Of a stretch of 64,000 nucleotides of DNA, positions 40,536 through 50,560 are shown piece by piece (the stretch's first letter is position 1; every line of letters starts with the position of its first letter). Source of the DNA: an uncultured Chloroflexia bacterium (GTDB lineage Bacteria; Chloroflexota; Dehalococcoidia; GIF9; UBA5629). The DNA is taken from NCBI GenBank assembly GCA_963848815.1, contig CAWKFY010000031.1, forward strand, positions 637 through 64,636, in the 5' to 3' direction. Below the pieces are notes generated by a model. The model was not told the DNA's origin, searched no databases, and worked only from the letters and a program-made list of their open reading frames with translations. The position numbers were made by a program, and so were the translations under genes.

Positions 40536-40725
40536 CTACCATTTTGACCTCGTTCAAAGTTAGTATAATAATAGGTTCGTCAGTATCGCCAAAATGGCAG
40601 GAAACGGCTTCTTTAATATTCTCATACATATCATCAAGTGTTTTGCCATTGGTGAAGATATCCTCGCCAATGCCTCTAGCACACCAATATTCACCATCAA
40701 AATATGTTTCGATCTTTACCAGCAT
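40513..40725 (-). CDS. HicB-like/DUF1902-like antitoxin-fold protein
   Basis: 70 aa. MLVKIETYFDGEYWCARGIGEDIFTNGKTLDDMYENIKEAV matches the HicB N-domain pattern. It is immediately followed by the hicA-like relic. Confidence 0.5.
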   Translation of the reverse strand: MLVKIETYFDGEYWCARGIGEDIFTNGKTLDDMYENIKEAVSCHFGDTDEPIIILTLNEVKMVDAKASAS

Positions 40726-40765
40726 TATTGCCTCCGCTTAACCGGATTATACATCATTTATCTGA

Positions 40766-40836
40766 TGCAAATAAAAAAGCCCGTCTTAAATAAGATGGGC
40801 TTTTTGATACACTTGGCAGCGGGGGCAGGATTTGAA
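40766..40836 (-). repeat. repeat unit D: terminator hairpin + ~23 nt of the tRNA-fMet 3' end
   Basis: GCAAATAAAAAAGCCCGTCTTAAATAAGATGGGCTTTTT...TGGCAGCGGGGGCAGGATTTGAA. Confidence 0.75.
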
Positions 40837-40925
40837 TATAGGACCCGATTGCATTTTTGGTTAAATGTAGCTTCAGAACAGCGTCTCAGAATATATTTTG
40901 AGAAATACTGATCATTTTATCGGCG

Positions 40926-40959
40926 ATTATATACTTGACGCATTTGTCAAGTATATAAT
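40926..40959. repeat. perfect 14-bp inverted repeat with 6-nt spacer
   Basis: ATTATATACTTGAC-GCATTT-GTCAAGTATATAAT, checked base by base. Each arm contains a TTGAC core. Confidence 0.8.
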
Positions 40960-41116
40960 CCCCAATTTATTGATGTTCTGTGGATTTTTAATCCTGTTTG
41001 AGAGCCATGCTATTAAGATACTGGGTAAAGGCCAAGGCATCCAAAAGAACATTGTTGACGGTGCTAATTACTTAGGCTTATGCTATGCGCATCTCAATTG
41101 AGGCAATAGTGTTATA

Positions 41117-41959
41117 ATGCCCGAATTGAAAAATATACCCTTCCGTGGTATCTATGGGTGGTGGTTACACCGTAGCCGGTCTTGCAAGTGCACCCTAATC
41201 TTAGCAGTATTAGCAATTCTGTTCAGCTTGTTTTCATGGTGGTGGAGCAGCACACAAGAGTATTCTTCTTTCACTCTTCTATTCATAACTACGTCTGTAG
41301 TTATTGCAGTGTCAGCTATTATTAGCTCATTAGTATGGGGATGGCAATGGATTAAGGACAATTCCTCAAACTTAAACATCATAGCAACGTTCATAGTGGG
41401 TATGGCATTAGCTAGTTTTGCTTGGCTGACCTATGACCTCTCAAATAGAATGGTACAATATCAAGTCGTGCCTCTTATCCAACCCTATTCGAGAACCCAG
41501 CCTGCGGAATGGAAAATTCCTATTGGAGGCGCCACCTATCAGGGCGTGCTTTGGGATGTTGGTATATTGAACAGTGGGCCCAATTCGACTTTGCTAGACA
41601 GTTTCCGCGTCTATATTTATACACCGCCGAAAATACCATGGGAGCAGATCAATGATCTCTGTGTCTTGCTAGATAAGAACAATAACAATCTGGAAATACC
41701 TAAAATTATTCCAGGTAACACGGATATTGACGTAAGAGTCTTTTTATGTGATGAAAATGTAACTAAATACTTGGATGGTACTACTGGAGTACAAGACAAA
41801 ACTGAATTGTATTTATCCTTTTGGCAAGAAGGACAGTTGGGAAGTAATGACATATCCCGCTTTCAATATATATATAGCGATTTATTCGTACTTCCACCCA
41901 ATACCTTCACCGCCGATGTCGCCCCCAGCTTCTCTGGGAAAATGCCAGTATCCCAATAG
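41117..41959 (+). CDS. hypothetical membrane protein (3 predicted TM helices + ~170-aa C-terminal domain), cargo of module 4
   Basis: 280-aa ORF in AT-rich DNA. I recognise no family. The start codon is uncertain because there is no clear RBS. Confidence 0.45.
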   Translation: MPELKNIPFRGIYGWWLHRSRSCKCTLILAVLAILFSLFSWWWSSTQEYSSFTLLFITTSVVIAVSAIISSLVWGWQWIKDNSSNLNIIATFIVGMALASFAWLTYDLSNRMVQYQVVPLIQPYSRTQPAEWKIPIGGATYQGVLWDVGILNSGPNSTLLDSFRVYIYTPPKIPWEQINDLCVLLDKNNNNLEIPKIIPGNTDIDVRVFLCDENVTKYLDGTTGVQDKTELYLSFWQEGQLGSNDISRFQYIYSDLFVLPPNTFTADVAPSFSGKMPVSQ

Positions 41960-41960
41960 G

Positions 41961-42165
41961 TTACATTTTGTTACCCTTCTGTTACTTTTAAACGCAGCAT
42001 CACGCCCCCAAGATAGTCAATGAGCGATTACGCCATGCCAGCAAACAGATAACGCTTGATACTTATAGCCGTGCTGCCCCTGGGCTGCAGGAAGCTACGG
42101 CAACAGGTTTCGACAAGATAGTGTTGTCCACTCGTAGAAATACTTCCGCTAAAAATCATTATTAG
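41961..42165 (+). pseudogene. 3' relic of a tyrosine recombinase (phage-type integrase) gene
   Basis: Two frames read LHFVTLLLLLNAAS.. and ..HAPKIVNERLRHASKQITLDTYSRAAPGLQEATATGFDKIVL. Together these are the R-H-x-x-A-T-L-L and LGH...TLDTY(catalytic Tyr)S C-terminal box. Only about 65 codons remain and they are frameshifted. The relic ends 72 nt from the tRNA 3' end. Confidence 0.7.
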
Positions 42166-42236
42166 CAATTTATAAGCAAAAATGATAAAGGCCTCCGACT
42201 CTTTAACAGAATCGAAGGCCTTTTAGCTACAGAATT

Positions 42237-42311
42237 TGGTAGCGGGGGCAGGATTTGAACCTGCGACCTTCGGGTTATGAGCCCGACGAGCTGCCACTGC
42301 TCCACCCCGCG
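42237..42311 (-). tRNA. tRNA-Met, initiator type (anticodon CAT), CCA encoded
   Basis: The reverse complement is cgcggggtggagcagtggcagctcgtcgggctcataacccgaaggtcgcaggttcaaatcctgcccccgctacca. It shows a 1:72 mismatch and three G-C pairs closing the anticodon stem, both hallmarks of bacterial tRNA-fMet. Confidence 0.88.
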
Positions 42312-42361
42312 GCATACTTTAGTAGTTAGTGACTCCTGGAGTCTTGTGCTCATACTGTTGT

Positions 42362-45309
<2,948 letters not shown>

Positions 45310-45405
45310 TACAGCAGCATGAACACAAGACCTTGCGGTCCATACGTCCTGCTGCACCGGCAACTAGAACACTAGACACCATTCATCATTACTAACACTA
45401 TTCTC

Positions 45406-45418
45406 TTTTTAAAGAGCA
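45406..45418 (-). promoter_or_regulatory. rRNA antitermination boxA-like element in the 23S leader
   Basis: The minus strand reads TGCTCTTTAAAAA, against the boxA consensus TGCTCTTTAACAA. It is preceded by a GGCTTGGTG/CACCAGGCC hairpin. Confidence 0.55.
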
Positions 45419-45506
45419 AAACGGCCTGGTGTACTCACCAAGCCGTCAGAGTATACACCAAGAAAATGCTTAAATCAACTATCGTTAATTTTTAGCATGC
45501 TTTATA

Positions 45507-45534
45507 AGTATATGGATGGCTTAATTTTTGTCAA
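45507..45534 (-). promoter_or_regulatory. near-consensus sigma70 promoter for the 23S rRNA (TTGACA-N17-TATACT)
   Basis: On the minus strand, -35 TTGACA is at 45534-45529 and -10 TATACT is at 45512-45507. This is about 190 nt upstream of the mature 23S 5' end. Confidence 0.6.
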
Positions 45535-45609
45535 CTACCAATTTTAGTATAAATGCGTAACGATTCCAATAGGTTATTCCCATCCGGACGAAGCCAATTA
45601 TTCAGGATA

Positions 45610-45640
45610 TTGACATTTATCGGTACGCTGAGCATATAAT
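45610..45640 (+). promoter_or_regulatory. candidate divergent promoter TTGACA-N19-TATAAT
   Basis: TTGACA at 45610-45615 and TATAAT at 45635-45640. The spacer is long (19 nt). The GTG start is at 45682. Confidence 0.35.
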
Positions 45641-45681
45641 ATTTTGGTTTCTTTGGAATATTTTAAGGGCGGTGCAGCCAG

Positions 45682-46416
45682 GTGACCAGGATCAACAGGC
45701 CGGAGTTTAAATTGACATCCAGACAAAGGGCTTTTCTTACAGGCCTTACCGACCTGTACCGCAATATGCAGAAGCCGGTCCACTACAGCGCCATCGCCCA
45801 ACGGCTGGGCCTTTGCTCCTCGACCGCCTACGATATGCTGAAAGTTCTGGAACAGAAGGGCATGGTGGCCTCGCAATATGATACGCCCAAAAAGGCCGCG
45901 GGTCCGGGAAGGGCCAATATCCTGTTCGTTCCCACTGCCCGCACGGTGGCGCAGTTCAGCCTGGACAGTGAGCAAACTGACGAACTGGGTGAATGGGAAA
46001 AAACCAGGACCGATATCATGGCCAGCCTCTCACAATATAAATCATCCGACCGCTATAAAATATCCCGCCGCCTGTTGAGGCAGTCCAACAAGGTCCCTTC
46101 ACCCCTGGCCAGCGCTGCCCGTATATTGGCCGCGCTGCTGATAAGCTTAAAGAATAACAGGCGCAGCCCTGAAGAAAAGGGCTGGTTCAACATGCTGTTA
46201 AAAGCTCCGGTTACCAGCCCGGGCATGAGCTCGGTGGCCGGGCTTATACTGGGGCTCTCGCTGGCGGATAGAAAGGCGGGAAAGCTCCTAACAGGCTACC
46301 AGGAATATATCCAGCGCTATATCACCGCCATACAGAATATGAGCAACGATAACCTGCTGCTGCTTCAGCAGTTCACCCTCGATGCATGGGCCAGGCTGCA
46401 GGGTGGGCCCGCCTAA
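45682..46416 (+). CDS. winged-helix DNA-binding protein (putative transcriptional regulator)
   Basis: 244 aa with a GTG start. The N-terminal wHTH-like segment is HYSAIAQRLGLCSSTAYDMLKVLEQKGMV. Confidence 0.45.
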   Translation: MTRINRPEFKLTSRQRAFLTGLTDLYRNMQKPVHYSAIAQRLGLCSSTAYDMLKVLEQKGMVASQYDTPKKAAGPGRANILFVPTARTVAQFSLDSEQTDELGEWEKTRTDIMASLSQYKSSDRYKISRRLLRQSNKVPSPLASAARILAALLISLKNNRRSPEEKGWFNMLLKAPVTSPGMSSVAGLILGLSLADRKAGKLLTGYQEYIQRYITAIQNMSNDNLLLLQQFTLDAWARLQGGPA

Positions 46417-46445
46417 TGATATAACGAATACTTGGGAGGTATGCC

Positions 46446-47288
46446 ATGATCAAAATCGTTACGGACAGCAGTTGCGACCTTTCGGAGGAAATTGTAAAAG
46501 ACCTGGGGATAACTGTGGTCCCGCTGTCCGTGCGTTTCGGCGAGGAGATCTTCAAGGAGCGGGTGACCATCACCGATGAGCAGTTCTACCACAGGCTGGT
46601 GGAGGGATCCATCCATCCCGCCACCATCCAGCCTAACGCCACGGACTTCATCGCCGCCTATGAAAAGGTCGGCCAGGGCGCCGACGGCATTGTCTCCACT
46701 CATATCACGCTGGTATTGAGCGGCACCATCAACTCGGCCAGGCAGGCCAAGGACCTGGCCAAAATCAGTTGCCCCCTGGAGATAGTGGACTCCAAACTGG
46801 TGAGCATCGCGCTCGGCGCAGTGGTGATAGCCGCCGCCGAGGCAGCCAAACAAGGTAAGCCGATGGCAGAAGTCCTTCAGGTGGCAAATGAGGCCATTGC
46901 AAATACACGCGCACTGGCCCTGCTGGATACGCTCAAGTACCTGCAGGCCGGTGGACGCATCGGCAAGGCCACAGCCTTCATTGGCACACTGCTGAGCATC
47001 AAGCCCATCATATCCATTAAAGACGGCGGCATCATACCTTTCGCCAGGGCACGCAGCTTCGCCAAGGGACTGGAACAGCTTGTGGCCTTCGTGGGCGACG
47101 GCCAGGGCATCGATGATATCCTGATCGCCTATACCACCGTCGAGGGCGAAGCCAGGGATCTGGCCGAACGCATATCAAAGATATATACCCGCAAGCCTGT
47201 CAAGGTGATGAGGCTGGGTACCACGCTGGGGGTCCATGTGGGGCCGGGGGCCATCGTCCTGGTTGTGCGCGATAAAGCCAAACAGTAA
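46446..47288 (+). CDS. DegV family fatty-acid-binding protein
   Basis: 280 aa. The pattern MIKIVTDSSCDLSEEIVKDLGITVVPL...TSQP-like...LSGTINSA is typical of DegV. Confidence 0.85.
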   Translation: MIKIVTDSSCDLSEEIVKDLGITVVPLSVRFGEEIFKERVTITDEQFYHRLVEGSIHPATIQPNATDFIAAYEKVGQGADGIVSTHITLVLSGTINSARQAKDLAKISCPLEIVDSKLVSIALGAVVIAAAEAAKQGKPMAEVLQVANEAIANTRALALLDTLKYLQAGGRIGKATAFIGTLLSIKPIISIKDGGIIPFARARSFAKGLEQLVAFVGDGQGIDDILIAYTTVEGEARDLAERISKIYTRKPVKVMRLGTTLGVHVGPGAIVLVVRDKAKQ

Positions 47289-47298
47289 ACGACTGAAA

Positions 47299-48105
47299 TC
47301 AGATATTCGAGCCAAGCTCAATAATGCGATATCCTCCCGCCCCCAGGTTAAAGACCTGCGTTTTTCCGACCCGGGCAAATCCTGCGCTTTCGTGTATATG
47401 CCCGCAGAAAAGGTAGTCCGGATGCCGCTGCTCGATGTATTCAAGAATAGCCTTGCTGCCGGCATGCCGGCCGATCCAGTTGGGCGGTATCGATGCCGAA
47501 TCGACCCTATCCAGAACGCCGTATGGTGGGATATGGGTAAGCAATATATCGACGGGCCCGAAGCGTTCGAGCACGCGCTGCACAAGCTGGGTATCTTTGG
47601 CAGCGATTTTCCTTATCTTTTCTATGCCTGAAAGTTCGAATTCTTTGGCCCAGCTCAGGTCGGTGAAATATTTGATTCCCCCTATCCTCAAACCATTTGT
47701 TACAGCAACACGGTTATCTATCAGGCGAACTCCTTTGACCGTCAGCAGGGCACTGTATAAAAAAGGCAATTCGACATTGAACGTGCGAGCGAACTTCCTG
47801 GTATCGTGGCCGGAGAGGTCTGCGTTGCCGCGAACGATCAGGACCGGGCAGTATCCAGCCAGATAACGGACTATCTCCAGGGCAGTCTCATAGGTGCGTA
47901 AGAAGGCCTGTCTGAAACCTTCGGCATGGGCTTTTGTTTCCCCGGGCGTAGGCTGAGATATAGCCAGGTAATCAAGGGCCTGCCTGCGTAAGATGTCAGT
48001 CCGGCCGAGGTCGCCGGTCAGCAGCGCCAGGTCAACATCATTAAGAGGGATACTGCGGATTCCCTTAAGGTTACCATGCGGGTCGCCAATGGCAGCTATC
48101 CTCAT
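47299..48105 (-). CDS. metallophosphoesterase (calcineurin-like)
   Basis: 268 aa. Motifs IGDPHG, GDLG, GNAD and GHIH are present. Confidence 0.75.
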   Translation of the reverse strand: MRIAAIGDPHGNLKGIRSIPLNDVDLALLTGDLGRTDILRRQALDYLAISQPTPGETKAHAEGFRQAFLRTYETALEIVRYLAGYCPVLIVRGNADLSGHDTRKFARTFNVELPFLYSALLTVKGVRLIDNRVAVTNGLRIGGIKYFTDLSWAKEFELSGIEKIRKIAAKDTQLVQRVLERFGPVDILLTHIPPYGVLDRVDSASIPPNWIGRHAGSKAILEYIEQRHPDYLFCGHIHESAGFARVGKTQVFNLGAGGYRIIELGSNI

Positions 48106-48126
48106 AAAAAACGGCGGATCGGTGGT

Positions 48127-48447
48127 TTATACAAAGGGCCGGCCCTGCGCATCTTTGGTAATAGTGCAGATATCGACTATGACCCATATATACACAATAA
48201 TCGGGACTACAACTGTCCAGCAAAGTAGTACTGCAAGCAGTAATTGGGCTACCGCTTTTCCGGTATATCCGGCATAAAAATTATGTATGCCGAAAAGACC
48301 CAGAAAAACGCCTAATAATATATAACCTATCTTGCTTTTTGCTTCCGGCGTGCTGATAACCGCAGCTGTATTACTTGTTGCTACACCGCAGTGCACACAA
48401 ATGACGGCATCGTCAGGTATTTGATTCCCACATTGCTTGCAGAACAT
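48127..48447 (-). CDS. zinc-ribbon + TM2 domain membrane protein
   Basis: 106 aa. It has CKQCGN...CVHCG followed by two TM helices with GIHNFYAG (TM2 pattern). Confidence 0.7.
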   Translation of the reverse strand: MFCKQCGNQIPDDAVICVHCGVATSNTAAVISTPEAKSKIGYILLGVFLGLFGIHNFYAGYTGKAVAQLLLAVLLCWTVVVPIIVYIWVIVDICTITKDAQGRPFV

Positions 48448-48566
48448 CCGTTACCTCCCCCTCAATAATTTCCACATTATACCGATTGTTTTTTTTAAAC
48501 GGCCACCGCTGCCGCAGCTTTATATTATATTAAACTTTGAAATATTTCACATCTACGGACTCAGGT

Positions 48567-48668
48567 CTATTCCCACTCTATAGTTGAAGGAGGCTTGCTG
48601 AGAATGGCGAAGGTCTGCCACATCTCACGATACAGTTTGGCCTTTTTAATCTCGTTCATCACGATCCA
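48567..48668 (-). repeat. displaced, internally deleted copy of the guaA 3' end (left boundary repeat of the islet)
   Basis: 48567-48600 matches 50561-50594 (34 nt, 3 mismatches, including the stop and last 11 codons of guaA). 48601-48668 matches 50787-50854 (68 nt, 1 mismatch). The 192 nt at 50595-50786 are absent from the left copy. Confidence 0.85.
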
Positions 48669-49001
48669 ATGGAACAATATAGTATATTCCAATTATTTTC
48701 TAATAGTACGAAATATACAATAAATTATATTTTGCTTTTTACTCAGGTAAAAATATAGCGAAATTCGAGGATTTAATAAAATTTCCTATTGATTTCACCT
48801 GGGTATTATGTTATTCTTCTATGCAGGTCGATTATGTATTTATATTTTTCGTATGATACAATCATCTGATAAAACAAATTGACCTAATACGAGTGGGGGA
48901 GGTTTATATAGAGAGGTTATATTGGGTTTTATTCAATGGCTTTCAGTTACCAGATTTCAAAGATTTATCCTTTTGGAATAATAGGGTTGGAGGAGGTAAA
49001 T

Positions 49002-49277
49002 ATGGCAAGTAAAAATATAGAACCACAGAAAATTAACCTTGATGAGTTACTAAAAAAGGACCGAAAGTTTCTGCTCGCAATGATCGATAATCCCAAAGAT
49101 GCGTTTAATAAGCAACGTATACGCATAGACAATAAATCTATCAGCAGTATGAATGCTGCCGCTGACCGGCTGAGAATGCAGGCAATTGCAGCATTTTCAG
49201 ATATTGCAAAAGACGGTTTAAATAATTGCTATAATTGTAAGGGCTTCGCTAGCGGTGATGCCACAAGCCCCATGTGA
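49002..49277 (+). CDS. 91-aa candidate RiPP precursor peptide
   Basis: GGAGGAGG lies 6 nt upstream of the ATG at 49002. Translation: MASKNIEPQKINLDELLKKDRKFLLAMIDNPKDAFNKQRIRIDNKSISSMNAAADRLRMQAIAAFSDIAKDGLNNCYNCKGFASGDATSPM. It has a long helical leader-like N-part and a short Cys-x-x-Cys C-terminal tail, and sits directly upstream of a radical SAM/SPASM gene. The 48936 start in the ORF track has no RBS. Confidence 0.6.
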   Translation: MASKNIEPQKINLDELLKKDRKFLLAMIDNPKDAFNKQRIRIDNKSISSMNAAADRLRMQAIAAFSDIAKDGLNNCYNCKGFASGDATSPM

Positions 49278-49407
49278 TGAGACTTTAGTTGACACGCAGG
49301 ACGGCGATTAACTTTATTGTCTTGTTATTACGTATAGCTATTTACAGTGCCAAAAATACTGCTTATATTAGCCGTATTTGTATTTTGCTTGTCAGGCTTT
49401 ATTGACG

Positions 49408-50527
49408 ATGTCCAAACCAGTGATTGCCCCATATTTGCTATCAAATGCAATAGTCTTCCCAATCGGTTTTCACTGGGACATTACACAGACTTGCAATTTC
49501 CAATGTAACTTCTGCCTGAATAGTTCGGGTAAATGCTCTCCTAATGAGCTGTCCTTTTCACAGAAAATAGAGCTTGTCGATCGCTTATTTGACCTTGGCG
49601 TGATGTATATTCGTATTCTCGGCGGGGAACCGTTTTCAATACCGAATACCATAGCTATCATGGAATATGCTGTATCACGAGGCATGCAATTATCATTCAG
49701 TACCAACGGCAGCCTACTGACCGATGGAATTGTCTCGGCTCTGGCCAGGATAAGAAAAGGTATTAGCTACATCCAGATAAGTCTCTATGGTTCAACACCA
49801 TCCGCCATGGCACGAATTACTAACTCTGAAAGCTCCTTCCCGAAGGTAACAATATGGGATGCAGTTATTAAGGCGGTACAGATTACCGTTTACTGTACTG
49901 GTAGTGATATGCCGTGAGAATATGGATGATGTCGTGCCCCTCTATGAGTACGCTAAAGCCATGGGTGCAGAAAATTTTAAATTAGTTTTGAAAGTTGATA
50001 CTGGAAGGGGTCAAAACACTGCGTCTTTTAGCTCAATTCAAACTGCACAGGATTGGAGTAATGTTATTTTGGTATTGCAGCGAATTGCATACCTTAATCA
50101 AAAATCCAGCCTAAAAGTGCAATATAATGCACGGCCTTTATTGGGAAAGTATATTAATGAAAGATTTGGTATTGGCTATTTTTGCAATTTTTGTGAAGCG
50201 GGAGTTAGCTATCTATACTGCAATCCAATCGGAGGCCTCAGCCCTTGCCCGTTTCTCAAAGATTCCGATACCGATTATTTATTCGATAGTGCCGGCCAAT
50301 TCGTTTTTAATGTAACCCGAAACAGCCTGCAGGATGTGTGGGATTCTAATGAATTCAATCGATTCCGCAAACTGTTTACATTGAATGATAATAAGGAATT
50401 ATTCAATATGAATTGTCCGAATTTACACAGCGGGGCGTGCCGTCCATGTGTGCTGTCGGGATGTCCATGTCTTCACCATATTCGTTGCTTTCAGGCAGCC
50501 ATTTCAGATTCAAGAATTACCAATTAG
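49408..50527 (+). pseudogene. radical SAM enzyme with C-terminal SPASM-like Cys cluster (peptide-modifying maturase candidate); one frame break near 49,882
   Basis: The CNFQCNFC (CxxxCxxC) motif is at 49492-49515 and ILGGEPF follows. After the frame switch the sequence reads LPFTVLVVICRENMDD...CNFCEAGVSYLYCNPIGGLSPCPF...CPNLHSGACRPCVLSGCPC (50183-50470). This combines ORFs 49378-49917 and 49859-50527. Confidence 0.75.
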
Positions 50528-50560
50528 TAAAACAAAGATCATTAAGACAGAATAGGTCAT

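Noticed and set aside
41106-41120. TGtTATAAT extended -10 just upstream of the 280-aa ORF
   Set aside because: The hexamer overlaps the proposed ATG (tataATG), so it cannot drive that start. Either the promoter or the start call is wrong, and neither is asserted.
37380-42311. Whether the five regularly recurring repeats could be a CRISPR array or an integron cassette array
   Set aside because: The spacing is 0.9-1.4 kb, not 30-40 bp, so a CRISPR array is excluded. The repeats are tRNA-derived with variable retained length. No cas or IntI-type integrase is present, and attC-like imperfect palindromes are absent. Serial tRNA-targeted integration explains the pattern better.
42312-42361. Search for a 5S rRNA between the 23S and the tRNA (and elsewhere in the window)
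   Set aside because: The spacer is only 50 nt, and I saw no 5S-like conserved block on either strand. I therefore report an absence rather than a feature. It needs a covariance-model check.
48936-49001. Longer 113-aa version of the peptide ORF, as given in the ORF track
   Set aside because: The ATG at 48936 has no Shine-Dalgarno, whereas the in-frame ATG at 49002 has GGAGGAGG at optimal spacing. The extra 22 residues are probably not translated.
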